A DNA stretch of 64,000 nucleotides from an uncultured Planctomycetia bacterium (GTDB taxonomy: Bacteria; Omnitrophota; Gorgyraeia; 2-02-FULL-51-18), in contig CAZXLF010000001.1 in NCBI GenBank assembly GCA_964642015.1, positions 368,168 through 432,167 of the forward strand, given 5' to 3'. Positions 1 to 9,543 of this stretch are shown piece after piece. The notes under the pieces were generated by a model. The model was given only the letters and a program-made list of their open reading frames with translations. It was not told the DNA's origin and did not search any database. Position 1 is the first letter of the stretch. The number at the start of each line of letters is the position of its first letter. The position numbers and the translations under genes are program-made.

Positions 1-929
1 ATTACCAGATAGGGAATTGTTATTTTAATCTCTATGATTATGACAAAGCATTGACGATTTTTAAAGATATCAACTCCAGAGCGCCGAATGATGAGGTTGG
101 TCGCCTGTCAAAATATCAGATCGGATGGTGTTACTTTAAGACCAACCGTGAAAGTGAGGCGATCAAGGAGTTTGAGAGTTATCTGGAACATTATCCGCAA
201 AGCGACATCAGCGCTGATGTGCTTTATGGGCTCGGTGAATATTATTTCAATCGCGGACAATACGAAAAAGCCAGGCAGTACCTTGTGGCGATCCCTCAAA
301 AGTTCGCGACAAGCACTGCGGTGCCCAATGCGCGCTATTTGATGGCCTCCGCTTATGAAAGAGAAGGAGATCTTCGCGCCAGTATCAATCAGCTGAAGTC
401 ATTGTCGCATGATTATCCAAAGAGTGAGCTTGCCGCTAAAGGAATTCTTAAAGTCGCGGAATTTTTAGTTTCCCAGGGAAAGTCGGATGAGGCAAAGAAT
501 GAGCTTGTCAGATTCATCGATTCAGCTGGTTCGACCGCAGAGAAAAGCCTTGTCCAGAAAAAACTGGCCGAGATCCTAAAGGCGCAAAGTCATTGGAAAG
601 AATCTGTTTTTTATTTTGGAGAAGCTTTAAAAGGTGCGGTGGGTGACATGGCTTGCGAAACCCAGTTTGAGCTGGCTGAGACTTTAGAGGCCCAAGGCGA
701 AGCGGAAAAGGCGGCCGGTGAGTTTTTAAAAGTAGCGTACCTTTATCCGAACAACATGATCTATCCGGCGCGCGCACAGTTGCGTGCGGCTAAGATTTAT
801 GAAGATTTGAGTAAGTACAAAGATGCCGTGCAGGTCTATGAGAAAATAGCCAATTCATCGTCAAATCAGGCGGATTTTGCCAAAGAAAGGATCCGTAAAT
901 TGTCAGCGATTTTAGAACAGGGGAGGTGA
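1..929 (+). CDS. TPR-repeat protein, 5'-truncated by the window edge
   Basis: The ORF track starts at a TTG at 51, but the same frame stays open back to nt 3 (…YQIGNCYFNLYDYDKALTIFKDIN…). Multiple TPR-like 34-aa repeats (W/Y-x-LG-x-Y, Y-P-x-S motifs). It sits immediately upstream of exbB/exbD, reminiscent of a CpoB/YbgF-like partner. Confidence 0.6.
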   Translation, partial: YQIGNCYFNLYDYDKALTIFKDINSRAPNDEVGRLSKYQIGWCYFKTNRESEAIKEFESYLEHYPQSDISADVLYGLGEYYFNRGQYEKARQYLVAIPQKFATSTAVPNARYLMASAYEREGDLRASINQLKSLSHDYPKSELAAKGILKVAEFLVSQGKSDEAKNELVRFIDSAGSTAEKSLVQKKLAEILKAQSHWKESVFYFGEALKGAVGDMACETQFELAETLEAQGEAEKAAGEFLKVAYLYPNNMIYPARAQLRAAKIYEDLSKYKDAVQVYEKIANSSSNQADFAKERIRKLSAILEQGR

Positions 930-933
930 TCGT

Positions 934-1581
934 ATGTGGGGTATCGGGATGTGGGATTTTATGGTCAAGGGCGGTCCAATCATGTGGCCCATTTTGGTTT
1001 GTTCCGTGCTAGCTTTCGGAATATTGATCGAACGTTTAATCAGTTTGCGGCAAGAGCAGATCGATACAAGGTCCTTTATGGAGCAGATTTCAAAATCGAT
1101 CAAGCGAAACAAAATCAAGGAAGCGCTGGACCTTTGCGACAAAACGCAAGGCCCTATTGCCAATATTCTGAAAGCAGGTATTTTGAAACATGACCGCGCC
1201 AGAAATGAGGTTAGAGAAGCGATAGAGGACGCCGCTATACATGAAGTGCCACGCCTTGAAAAAAATCTTCCGGTTCTGGCAACGCTTTCACACATTGCAC
1301 CTTTATTAGGTCTTTTAGGAACGGTTACCGGCATGGTCAATGCGTTTCAGGTCATTGAAAACAAGGCTTCAGCAATGAACCCCGTGAATCCGGGAGACTT
1401 GGCAGGCGGGATCTGGGAGGCTCTTTTGACGATGGTGTTCGGATTGTGTGTGGCCATCCCTGCTTATGTTGCATATAATTATCTTGTTAGCCGGGTGGAC
1501 GGTTTTGTGTTGGATATGGAGCGCAGCGCGACGGATCTTTTGAATATCTTGGGTGAAAAACGGGACGAAGATGCGATTTAG
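934..1581 (+). CDS. exbB: MotA/TolQ/ExbB-family proton channel
   Basis: 215 aa with three TM segments. The C-terminal motif LATLSHIAPLLGLLGTVTGMVNAF is typical of ExbB/TolQ. Confidence 0.85.
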   Translation: MWGIGMWDFMVKGGPIMWPILVCSVLAFGILIERLISLRQEQIDTRSFMEQISKSIKRNKIKEALDLCDKTQGPIANILKAGILKHDRARNEVREAIEDAAIHEVPRLEKNLPVLATLSHIAPLLGLLGTVTGMVNAFQVIENKASAMNPVNPGDLAGGIWEALLTMVFGLCVAIPAYVAYNYLVSRVDGFVLDMERSATDLLNILGEKRDEDAI

Positions 1582-1999
1582 CCGTTTAAAACGCAGGACC
1601 CAAATAGAAAAAAGGCAGATAGATATCGCGCCGCTTGTCAGCGGTGTATTCTTGCTTTTTATTTTTTTCGTTCTTTCTTCTAATTTTGTCGCCCAACCGG
1701 GAATGAAGGTGGATTTGCCTCGCGCGATCACTAGTGAGATCGTTAGCAGTGAAAATCTTGTGGTGACGCTGACAGGCCAGAATTTGATCTTTCTCAACGA
1801 CCAGCCAGTCACGGTCAATGAACTTGCCGCTCAGCTGAAAGAAGCGGCCGGCGAGAACAAATCTTTACTTTTGAAGGCGGATGCCGGCGCTTCGCTCGGA
1901 CGAATGGTGGAAATTTGGGATTTATGCAGGGAGTTGGGTATTTCGCAAGTGAATATCGCAACGGACCAGAAATCTAGCACCGCAGCTACAACAGCTTAG
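1553..1999 (+). CDS. exbD: ExbD/TolR biopolymer transport protein
   Basis: Single N-terminal TM (IDIAPLVSGVFLLFIFF) followed by a periplasmic domain, typical of ExbD/TolR. The true start may be the internal Met at about 1571. It overlaps the end of exbB. Confidence 0.85.
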   Translation: MKNGTKMRFSRLKRRTQIEKRQIDIAPLVSGVFLLFIFFVLSSNFVAQPGMKVDLPRAITSEIVSSENLVVTLTGQNLIFLNDQPVTVNELAAQLKEAAGENKSLLLKADAGASLGRMVEIWDLCRELGISQVNIATDQKSSTAATTA

Positions 2000-2010
2000 A
2001 AAGGGTTCAT

Positions 2011-2721
2011 GTGAAAGGATATGAAGGTTGGTCTTTCAGCGATAAATCGTTTGCGGTGGCGCTAAGCCTATCCATTGCCTGGCATCTTTTTTGGTTTTCG
2101 CTAGTTACAATCGGCGTGACTCCTGAAAAAGGGGTTCACAGGCCTGGATCCAAGATCGTTTTTTTAGGTTCGGTACTTGATGATAAGATCTTTAGAGTGT
2201 TGATGCAAAGCAAGCCTGATCTTCCGCAAGGCATGTCGCGCAAGCTTTCGGAGTTCACGGCGCCTATTGATATTGGTACGAGGACCATAGAACGGGTCGC
2301 TCCCGGATCCGTTGTTAGTTTGCCATTAGGTAAAAGAAGTAAGACCACGGCGCGTTTGATCATTACTGGAGCAAAGCCTTCCGCTCAACATGAATCTGCA
2401 TTTCAGATTGAGATGAAGCCCGTTTTTGATACGCCGATCATAGAGGGGGAGTTGATGGGCCGGCCTCTGATAAGTCGGCCCGGAGAACCATTACAGCCGG
2501 TTGGGATGGATCCAGCGTTCAAGGATTCCGCGGTCACGATCGATTTTACCGTAGATCCATCAGGGACAGTCAAACAGGCTCAAGTCAGTCTTTCAAGCGG
2601 CGATCCCGAAATAGATCTTTTATGGATGAGGTATTTGAGGGGTTGGCAATTTGCAGCATTAGGTCCTGAAAAAAAGATAACCGATCAAAAGGGCAAGATC
2701 AGGTTTCGTTTTCAACATTAA
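2011..2721 (+). CDS. TonB-family energy transducer (TonB/TolA-like C-terminal domain)
   Basis: GTG start, N-terminal TM anchor, proline-rich periplasmic linker, and a C-terminal TonB-like domain (…FTVDPSGTVKQAQV…GW…). It completes an exbB-exbD-tonB module. Confidence 0.7.
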   Translation: MKGYEGWSFSDKSFAVALSLSIAWHLFWFSLVTIGVTPEKGVHRPGSKIVFLGSVLDDKIFRVLMQSKPDLPQGMSRKLSEFTAPIDIGTRTIERVAPGSVVSLPLGKRSKTTARLIITGAKPSAQHESAFQIEMKPVFDTPIIEGELMGRPLISRPGEPLQPVGMDPAFKDSAVTIDFTVDPSGTVKQAQVSLSSGDPEIDLLWMRYLRGWQFAALGPEKKITDQKGKIRFRFQH

Positions 2722-2735
2722 GGAAAGAATAGATC

Positions 2736-2981
2736 ATGTTCCGTCTGGATATTTCAACGGCTGTATTGATTTACGTGATGTCGTCGCTGATCGTAATATT
2801 CTTTCTGTGGATCTTTTTTGAAAAAAAATCTATCCTTCCCAAATTTATCCGTGAGGAAGCAGATGTTTGGGAATGTTCGATCTGCACCTATATTTATGTG
2901 GATTCCACGCATCATGAGATATCCCAATGTCCTCAGTGTAAAAGTTACAATAAAAGGTCATCGGAAGAACGTTTGATTTGA
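2736..2981 (+). CDS. small membrane protein with C-terminal CxxC…CPxC zinc ribbon (hypothetical)
   Basis: 81 aa. One TM helix (AVLIYVMSSLIVIFFLWIFF), then ECSIC…CPQC in a rubredoxin-like arrangement. Tightly linked downstream of the tonB-family gene. Confidence 0.4.
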   Translation: MFRLDISTAVLIYVMSSLIVIFFLWIFFEKKSILPKFIREEADVWECSICTYIYVDSTHHEISQCPQCKSYNKRSSEERLI

Positions 2982-3019
2982 TACTAAAGAAGTTTTGCAC
3001 AGATAGTTCATTAATAGTA

Positions 3020-3048
3020 TTGATTTATTGGTCCGGTATGTTTATGAT
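3020..3048 (+). promoter_or_regulatory. putative sigma70 promoter (TTGATT-17-TATGAT) upstream of the wHTH gene
   Basis: Read directly from the AT-rich intergenic region, about 45 nt upstream of the ATG at 3095. Confidence 0.4.
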
Positions 3049-3094
3049 AGTAAACAGTTAAATTTAATCAAAAAAATTTTATTCGGAGGAATGA

Positions 3095-3295
3095 ATGATC
3101 ACGGAAATCGGAATTGTCGCAGGAGATATTTGGCATTATTTAGATCAGCATAAAAGCACCACTCTTACCCAGCTTGCAAGCGGTATCGATAAAAATAGAA
3201 ATGTGGTATTGATGAGTCTCGGCTGGCTCGCCCGCGAAGGCCATGTGATCATGGAGGATATGGGAAGCGATTATAGGATCACACTGCGTTTTTAA
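3095..3295 (+). CDS. small winged-helix domain protein (DUF2582-like)
   Basis: 66 aa. The pattern …IWHYLDQHKSTTLTQLASGI…LGWLAREGHV… matches the DUF2582 wHTH family as I recall it. Confidence 0.55.
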   Translation: MITEIGIVAGDIWHYLDQHKSTTLTQLASGIDKNRNVVLMSLGWLAREGHVIMEDMGSDYRITLRF

Positions 3296-3609
3296 TGACA
3301 GCAGTTTTGATCTTGACCACCGCGCCTGATCTTGGGGCTGCAAGGCGGATCGCGAAAGCGCTCGTGCAGAAAAAACTAGCTGCGTGCGTTTCGCTAAAAG
3401 AGGGCTTTCTCTCTTTTTACAGGTGGAAGGGTAGGGTCGAGCGTTCGCGGGAAGTCGTTTTATTCATTAAATCCTCAAAGACCAAATTTGTTCCCATCAA
3501 ACGTTTGTTGGGTAAAATTCACCCTTACGAAATACCCGAACTTATTGCGCTTTCAATACATCAAGGATCCCCCGAATATTTGGCTTGGATCGCTGATTCG
3601 CTCAGTTAA
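3295..3609 (+). CDS. cutA: divalent-cation tolerance protein CutA
   Basis: 104 aa with a CutA1-like sequence (…AACVS…YRWKG…HPYEIPE…). The ATG overlaps the stop of the upstream ORF. Confidence 0.85.
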   Translation: MTAVLILTTAPDLGAARRIAKALVQKKLAACVSLKEGFLSFYRWKGRVERSREVVLFIKSSKTKFVPIKRLLGKIHPYEIPELIALSIHQGSPEYLAWIADSLS

Positions 3610-3665
3610 GATCGGAAAATGTTTTTGAATAAAATAAAAAATAAGCGGGGACGGTTTTCTAAAAG

Positions 3666-3741
3666 TGGTGGACCTGAGCGGGATCGAACCGCTGGCCTCC
3701 TCATTGCGAACGAGGCGCTCTACCAGCTGAGCTACAGGCCC
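3666..3741 (-). tRNA. tRNA-Ala (anticodon CGC)
   Basis: The reverse complement GGGCCTGTAGCTCAGCTGGTAGAGCGCCTCGTTCGCAATGAGGAGGCCAGCGGTTCGATCCCGCTCAGGTCCACCA folds as a cloverleaf. It has a G3:U70 pair, anticodon-loop UUCGCAA, a TΨC loop, and CCA encoded. Confidence 0.9.
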
Positions 3742-3832
3742 TTAACTTTTAAAATAGCGGTCTAATCTTATCGAACTGTATGGATTCTGTCAATCAACGA
3801 TAGAATGCTCTTAAGGTCGATTATAAAATTTT

Positions 3833-4606
3833 TTGACAATATTTTTTATGCGCCGATTCCAAATTAACTCTGATTTTATCCGGAATGGTCAGATTATTTT
3901 GGATAAGAAAGAAAGTCATCACGCGGCGTCGGTTCTCAGGCTGAAACCAGGAAATGAAGTGGCGTTGATGGATGGAAAAGGCGCCAGTTTTCATGGGATC
4001 ATCTCAGGGATTGAGAATGGCTTGGTGCGTGTTAATTTAAAACGCGATCAAACGTCTCATGATATTCCAAAGTCGTATCAGGGCATTCAGATCGATATTG
4101 CTGTTTCTGTGATCAAACCCGAGCGGATGGAGTTTATCATCGAAAAAGCTTGCGAGCTTGGAGTTCGCGGTATTTTTCCTATCCGAACGGAAAGAAGTGT
4201 CGTGAAGTTATCTCCTGAGCGTTGGCAAATGAAGATTAAGCGCTGGCAGAAAATAGCCGCAGAAAGCTGCAAACAATGCGGCTTAAAGATCGTTCCTGAT
4301 GTTCACGACGTCTTGAATTTGAAAGATATTTTATCGGGTCCGCTGGAGTACGATATGATATTGATACCGACTTTGGCAGTGCCGACCCGACCTCTTTACG
4401 GAGTATTGACAAGCAAGTCGTGCTCTAAGCTTTTATCCTTGATCGGTCCGGAAGGCGATTTTACGGCAAAAGAAGTAGAATTGGCGGCATCGCGCGGAGC
4501 GATACCCGTCAGTCTTGGTCGATTGGTGCTTAGGGCGGAGACTGCGTCTATCAATTTGATTTCGAATTTGAATTTTTTTTACAGGGAAATTGCACAAAAG
4601 GATTGA
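3833..4606 (+). CDS. rsmE: 16S rRNA (uracil1498-N3)-methyltransferase RsmE
   Basis: N-terminal PUA-like region (RRFQ…HHAASVLRLKPGNEV) followed by a SPOUT C-terminal domain. The start may be the ATG at 3848. Confidence 0.85.
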   Translation: MTIFFMRRFQINSDFIRNGQIILDKKESHHAASVLRLKPGNEVALMDGKGASFHGIISGIENGLVRVNLKRDQTSHDIPKSYQGIQIDIAVSVIKPERMEFIIEKACELGVRGIFPIRTERSVVKLSPERWQMKIKRWQKIAAESCKQCGLKIVPDVHDVLNLKDILSGPLEYDMILIPTLAVPTRPLYGVLTSKSCSKLLSLIGPEGDFTAKEVELAASRGAIPVSLGRLVLRAETASINLISNLNFFYREIAQKD

Positions 4607-4607
4607 G

Positions 4608-5027
4608 ATGAAAAAAAGCAAAGCATTAAATGTGAATATCGCCGCGGTCATCCTATTTTTGATGATGCCATCAATAGTGGTATCAGCCAAGGACGGAAAT
4701 AATATAGTAAAAACATCGGATAGCAATGGTGATGGCAAGATCGATACATGGTCGACTTATGATTCATCAGGCGAACTAATAGAGGTGGCTCAGGATAAAC
4801 ACAGGGATGGAAGGCCGCATTCATGGAAATATTATCGCAACGGGAAAGTTTACAAAAGAGAATGGGATAGGAATTTTGACGGAAAGCCGGACATTCGCGT
4901 TTTTGAAGAGAACGGTCGCACGATCAAGACGGAATATGACAATAATTTTGACGGTAAGTTCGAAAAAGTTGTCAAAGCTCCTGAGGCAGGAACAATGCCT
5001 AAAATAAAAACGTCAAATGAAAAGTGA
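4608..5027 (+). CDS. secreted protein with repeated EF-hand-like D-x-N-x-DGK motifs (hypothetical)
   Basis: Signal peptide (MKKSKALNVNIAAVILFLMMPSIVVSA). Four roughly 22-aa repeats: DSNGDGKIDTW, DKHRDGRPHSW, DRNFDGKPDIRVFEE, DNNFDGKFEKV. Confidence 0.5.
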   Translation: MKKSKALNVNIAAVILFLMMPSIVVSAKDGNNIVKTSDSNGDGKIDTWSTYDSSGELIEVAQDKHRDGRPHSWKYYRNGKVYKREWDRNFDGKPDIRVFEENGRTIKTEYDNNFDGKFEKVVKAPEAGTMPKIKTSNEK

Positions 5028-5076
5028 AGTTTATTTGAATCAAGGGTTAATCTAAATATTTATATCGTTTAACCGT

Positions 5077-5105
5077 TTGACAAACACAGTTTCCGATGTT
5101 ATACT
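5077..5105 (+). promoter_or_regulatory. putative sigma70 promoter (TTGACA-17-TATACT) for the cvpA-dnaG-rpoD unit
   Basis: Consensus -35 with a near-consensus -10, located about 90 nt upstream of cvpA. Confidence 0.5.
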
Positions 5106-5194
5106 TCCACAGTTGTCTGACGCATTCATAAACTCTACTTTTATACAAAACTCTTTAATAGACTAGGTCAACTTATTTAGATAAGCGAGGCCTT

Positions 5195-5728
5195 TTGAGC
5201 GATTTTATTTCGCGGCTTACGTGGGTCGATTATATTGCATTTGTGGCCGTGCTTTGGGGATTTTACGTCGGGTACAAAAGCGGATTATTCCCTGAGGTCT
5301 TGAGGATCGCAGCGTATTTAGCTACTGTAATTTTGACGCTTCGTTTCCGTGAGCCGCTTGCACAGTACCTGACTCTAAAGACTTTTTTGAATAGTGCCAC
5401 AGCAGCTGCGCTTTCGTTTTTTGTTCTGCTGCTTGGTACGTTTTTTTTACTGCGTTTAGTCACGGTGATCTTGCTTAAGCTTTTAAAGATCGGAGAAGGC
5501 GGAATTTTTTATCGGATCTTGGGAGCTTTGATCGGAGGATGCCGTTGGATCATTCTGCTAAGTTTGGTTTTTATGCTCATTGACAATTCACCGCTAGTGC
5601 CGCTTAAGACCGATGTTCATCAACGATCACTATTCGGGCCGAAAGTTTCAAAAATAGCGCCGACACTGTTTGATTTTCTCTCGACGCTTTCACCACAGCT
5701 GGCAGTTGCAGCCAAGAAGGCTACATGA
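5195..5728 (+). CDS. cvpA: CvpA-family membrane protein
   Basis: Four predicted TM helices with a CvpA-like pattern. Confidence 0.8.
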   Translation: MSDFISRLTWVDYIAFVAVLWGFYVGYKSGLFPEVLRIAAYLATVILTLRFREPLAQYLTLKTFLNSATAAALSFFVLLLGTFFLLRLVTVILLKLLKIGEGGIFYRILGALIGGCRWIILLSLVFMLIDNSPLVPLKTDVHQRSLFGPKVSKIAPTLFDFLSTLSPQLAVAAKKAT

Positions 5729-7494
5729 TACCTGACGCGATACTTAATCAAATCCAGGACCGCGTGGATATTGTTGAGGTGATATCGGCAACGGTGCCAT
5801 TAAAAAAAGCGGGAAGCAATTTTAAGGCGCCGTGCCCATTTCATCATGAAAAAACGCCTTCGTTCATCGTGAGCCCTGAGAAACAGATCTTTCATTGTTT
5901 TGGATGCGGGGCAGGAGGGAATGTTTTTAGTTTCCTGATGAAACAGGAACAAAAAGATTTTCTTGAAGTGGTGGAAATGCTCGCTGAGCAAGTGGGTGTC
6001 GAGATTCCGAAGGATTCAAAGTTCAGTTCACAAACGTCAGAAAAGAATGAGCAACTTACAAGCATCAATCATATCGCACAGGATTTTTATCACGAATTCC
6101 TTTTGACCAAAAGAGAAGCAGAAGGGGCAAGGCAATACCTCAAACACCGCGGGATCGAGGAAGCGGCGATAAAAAATTTTAAGCTTGGTTACGCTTCCGA
6201 ATCCTGGGACCTTTTGATACGCCATATCAAAGGCAAGGCATCTGAAAAATTAATCGAGAAAAGCGGCCTTGCGATCAAAAGGAAAGATGCGGAAGGCTAT
6301 TACGACAGGTTTCGCCATCGGATCATGTTCCCGATCTTGGATGTAAAAGGCGTTTGCCTGGCTTTCGGCGGCAGGGTCATGGATGATTCTTTGCCGAAAT
6401 ATGTCAATTCGCCGGAAACAGAAGTTTATTCGAAGAGCCGAAATCTTTACGGTCTTTTTCAGGCGCGTAAAGCGATACGCGAGCAGGATTCCGCGATCGT
6501 TGTAGAAGGTTACATGGACCTGATCGCGTGTCATCAGGCGGGTGTCGAAAATGCGGTCGCTTCGCTTGGCACGGCTTTGACGGTTGAGCAGGTCAAGCTG
6601 ATCAAGCGGAATACGCACAACGTTTTTATTCTGTACGATGCGGACCAGGCGGGTGAGCTGGCAACGCTCCGGGGCCTTGAGCTTTTTCTTGAGGAGGGTT
6701 TGGAGGTCAAGATCGTGCGGCTTCCGGAAGGTCACGACCCGGATTCTTTTCTTAAAGAATTCGGTGTCGATAAATTTAGAAAAGAATTGAGCAATGCCAA
6801 GACGCTGTTCGATTATCGCCTGGAACTGCTCAAGCAAAAATATGATTCAGGCGTTCTGGAGGGAAGGGTTAAGATAGCCAATGAAATGACGGCGTTGCTG
6901 ACCAAGGTGCAGAATGAGATCCTTCGGTCGGCCTGGACCAGAGAGCTGGCCCATACGCTGAAACTTTCGGAAGATTCGCTTTTGGCAGAAATGCGGAAAA
7001 GCGGATCGCACGCCAGAAGTTTTAAAGAAGAACCGCAGGTTCTGAAACAGCAGCAGGATGAATTTCATGCGGTTGAAAAACTTTTGATAGGTCTTTTGGT
7101 GGACAATCCTGATTTTGTTTCTCAAGCCAAAGGACAGATTAGCGAGGAAGATTTTCAAAGTATTCAGGCTCGCGCTGTGGCTAAACGATTGTTTGCGACA
7201 CAGGGATCGTTTGCTAGCGCTGCGCAGTGGATAAATATTTTTAAGGACGACCCCGATTTTGTGCGGCTTATTTCAATGACATCCGCCGAAATGAGCGCGG
7301 TGGTCGATAAAAAAAAGACATTTGAAGATTGCATCTTGTGGGTCAGGCGTTCAAGGATCAAGACCGAACGTGAAAATTTGAAGATACAGATCGAAGCGGC
7401 AGAGCGCGCGGGCGATAAGAACCGCATCAGCCGTCTCATGGTCGATTTTAATGAATTAAACAAGGGGATAAAAAAAATCAATGAAAAAAAATAA
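5725..7494 (+). CDS. dnaG: DNA primase
   Basis: Zinc ribbon [11 protein letters not shown]…CFGCG, a TOPRIM domain (EGYMD…LYDAD) and a C-terminal helicase-binding region. Confidence 0.95.
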   Translation: MIPDAILNQIQDRVDIVEVISATVPLKKAGSNFKAPCPFHHEKTPSFIVSPEKQIFHCFGCGAGGNVFSFLMKQEQKDFLEVVEMLAEQVGVEIPKDSKFSSQTSEKNEQLTSINHIAQDFYHEFLLTKREAEGARQYLKHRGIEEAAIKNFKLGYASESWDLLIRHIKGKASEKLIEKSGLAIKRKDAEGYYDRFRHRIMFPILDVKGVCLAFGGRVMDDSLPKYVNSPETEVYSKSRNLYGLFQARKAIREQDSAIVVEGYMDLIACHQAGVENAVASLGTALTVEQVKLIKRNTHNVFILYDADQAGELATLRGLELFLEEGLEVKIVRLPEGHDPDSFLKEFGVDKFRKELSNAKTLFDYRLELLKQKYDSGVLEGRVKIANEMTALLTKVQNEILRSAWTRELAHTLKLSEDSLLAEMRKSGSHARSFKEEPQVLKQQQDEFHAVEKLLIGLLVDNPDFVSQAKGQISEEDFQSIQARAVAKRLFATQGSFASAAQWINIFKDDPDFVRLISMTSAEMSAVVDKKKTFEDCILWVRRSRIKTERENLKIQIEAAERAGDKNRISRLMVDFNELNKGIKKINEKK

Positions 7495-9259
7495 AAGATC
7501 GAAGAAAAAGGCTTCTATACGAGTTAAGCGCAAGAAGAAAACCATTTTGAAGCGTTCGGCGAATAAAAAATCAAAGCTGAAGCCGCAAGTTTCCAAGGGT
7601 CAGGCTGTGCTGGTGGAGGACGCGTCGTCTGAGTCTGAAAAGCTGAAGCAAAAGGCAAAAGGCGTCGAGCAGCTGATTGTTTTGGGCAAGGAAAAAGGCT
7701 TTTTAACCTATGACGATATTAATCGCATCCTTCCGAGCCACGTCACTTCTTCGGAAGAGATCGATGATGTACTTGTTGCGCTGACAGGTCAGCAGATCGA
7801 CGTTGTGGATTCCGAAGATGGTTTGAGCAAAGACGTGAACTCCGACGCCGATTCTGAAAAGGATACTGAGAGCGAGGAGCCGGCCGAACAAGATTCAGAA
7901 TCAAAGAAAGAAGAGCCTGAAACGGCGTCTGTTCCTGTCGCTCGGCTTGAACAAATGGACGATCCCGTCAGGATGTATTTGAGGCAGATGGGCCAGATCT
8001 CGCTTTTGACGCGTGAGCAAGAATTGGAGTTGGCTAAGCGCATCGAGGCCGATGAACTCGAATTCAGAAAAGCCGTGTTCGAATGTTTTTATTCCCGCCA
8101 GTTCATCCTGGATTTCACGAACAAGCTTTTAAAACATGAATACACGATCGAAGAATATATCAACGAAGAGCTGAAGTTCCGCGAAAATGCTTCACGCACT
8201 CTGAAGCGCCTGAAAGTTCTTGCGAGACGTCTCAGGGGCGCAAAAAAGAATACGAATACGTTAGACCTTTTGCTCGAATTCCGTGTGAGCGCCCACATTG
8301 TCGAAGATATTTTTCATGACATCCGAGAAGCGGTGACACGTCTTGACCGCATTGAAAAGGAAATAGAAAGGCACCGCCGGAAGAAGGAAAGGACCCAGAT
8401 CAGTAAGCTCTTGAAAGAAAAACGGTCCATACTTCAGAAATTTGGAGAAAAAAGCCAAGAGAACCTAAAAGACAGGTTTCTTGCCATCAAAAGGAAAGAA
8501 AATAAATATCAGCGCGCCAAGAAGGAGCTTGTCGAGGCGAACCTGCGTCTTGTGGTCAGCATCGCGAAAAAATACACCAATCGCGGGCTTTCATTCCTCG
8601 ATCTCATCCAAGAGGGCAACATTGGTCTTATGAAAGCTGTAGATAAGTTTGAATACCGTCGAGGGTATAAGTTCAGTACTTATGCCACTTGGTGGATCAG
8701 GCAGGCCGTGACTCGTTCGATCGCCGATCAAGCCAGAACGATCCGTATCCCGGTCCATATGACCGAGACGATCAATAAATTGATCCGCGTTTCACGTACT
8801 TTAGTGCAGGAAACCGGTAAAGAACCTACACCCGAAGAGATCGGTCAACGCATGAGAATGGGGGTTGAAAAGGTAAGAGAGATCTTGAAGATTGCTCAAG
8901 AACCTATTTCACTTCAGACCCCGATCGGAGACGAAGGCGACACTCATTTTGGTGATTTTATCGAAGACAAACGCGCTGTTTCGCCTTCAAGCGCTACCAC
9001 CTATGCAATGCTAAAAGAGCAGATGGATGATGTGTTGTCCACGCTGACTGAGCGTGAGAGAAAAGTCCTCAAACTCCGTTTTGGCATTAACGATGGCTAT
9101 CCGCGCACGCTGGAAGAAGTCGGTTCGATATTCAATGTGACTCGCGAAAGAGTGCGGCAGATCGAAGCCAAGGCGCTTCGCAAGCTGCGCCATCCGACCC
9201 GCTCAAGAAAGCTCAAGACTTTCTTAGAGCTTGGTGTGGGGGAAGAGTTGGAATTCTAG
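7481..9259 (+). CDS. rpoD: RNA polymerase sigma-70 factor RpoD
   Basis: Acidic N-terminal region (region 1.1), region 2 ([19 protein letters not shown]…YATWWIRQA), region 3, and a region 4 HTH (TLEEVG…[17 protein letters not shown]). Confidence 0.95.
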   Translation: MKKNKRSKKKASIRVKRKKKTILKRSANKKSKLKPQVSKGQAVLVEDASSESEKLKQKAKGVEQLIVLGKEKGFLTYDDINRILPSHVTSSEEIDDVLVALTGQQIDVVDSEDGLSKDVNSDADSEKDTESEEPAEQDSESKKEEPETASVPVARLEQMDDPVRMYLRQMGQISLLTREQELELAKRIEADELEFRKAVFECFYSRQFILDFTNKLLKHEYTIEEYINEELKFRENASRTLKRLKVLARRLRGAKKNTNTLDLLLEFRVSAHIVEDIFHDIREAVTRLDRIEKEIERHRRKKERTQISKLLKEKRSILQKFGEKSQENLKDRFLAIKRKENKYQRAKKELVEANLRLVVSIAKKYTNRGLSFLDLIQEGNIGLMKAVDKFEYRRGYKFSTYATWWIRQAVTRSIADQARTIRIPVHMTETINKLIRVSRTLVQETGKEPTPEEIGQRMRMGVEKVREILKIAQEPISLQTPIGDEGDTHFGDFIEDKRAVSPSSATTYAMLKEQMDDVLSTLTERERKVLKLRFGINDGYPRTLEEVGSIFNVTRERVRQIEAKALRKLRHPTRSRKLKTFLELGVGEELEF

Positions 9260-9267
9260 CTTCTTCC

Positions 9268-9297
9268 TTTACGCTATAGCTACATCTGTGCTACAAT
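9268..9297 (+). promoter_or_regulatory. putative promoter (TTTACG-18-TACAAT) for the tRNA-Met/tRNA-Val pair
   Basis: The -10 TACAAT lies about 50 nt upstream of the tRNA 5' end. It is preceded by an imperfect hairpin spanning the rpoD stop. Confidence 0.35.
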
Positions 9298-9346
9298 CCT
9301 TACCCAGTTTTTGCGCTTAAATTTTCAGCGAAATCGGCCGTATTTT

Positions 9347-9420
9347 GGGCTCGTAGCTCAGTCGGTTAGAGCAGCTGACTCATAATCAGCGGGTCCCTGG
9401 TTCGAGTCCAGGCGGGCCCA
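9347..9420 (+). tRNA. tRNA-Met (anticodon CAU; elongator-type, or possibly tRNA-Ile2 if lysidinylated)
   Basis: Cloverleaf GGGCTCGTAGCTCAGTCGGTTAGAGCAGCTGACTCATAATCAGC…GGTTCGAGTCCAGGCGGGCCCA. G1:C72 is paired and there is no run of three GC pairs in the anticodon stem, so it is not an initiator. Confidence 0.85.
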
Positions 9421-9423
9421 GTT

Positions 9424-9500
9424 GGGCAATTAGCTCAGTTGGTTAGAGCGTTCGCTTCACATGCGAAAGGTCATAGGTTCGAGTCCTATATTGCCCACCA
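9424..9500 (+). tRNA. tRNA-Val (anticodon CAC)
   Basis: GGGCAATTAGCTCAGTTGGTTAGAGCGTTCGCTTCACATGCGAA…GGTTCGAGTCCTATATTGCCCACCA. The anticodon loop is UUCACAU and CCA is encoded. Confidence 0.85.
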
Positions 9501-9543
9501 TACGTTTTATGTTTTGGCTTAAGTAATTTTAAAGAAAGAATTT

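Noticed and set aside
88-342. 84-aa + strand ORF and 63-aa minus ORF inside the first gene
   Set aside because: Alternative-frame ORFs inside the TPR gene. The TPR frame is continuous from the window edge.
3742-3832. Possible promoter for the minus-strand tRNA-Ala (TATAAT on the minus strand at 3820-3825)
   Set aside because: No acceptable -35 at 16-18 nt spacing. The -10 is about 79 nt from the tRNA 5' end. Too weak to report as a feature.
6250-7481. Several 100-195-aa minus-strand ORFs
   Set aside because: They are antisense to dnaG. There is no independent support.
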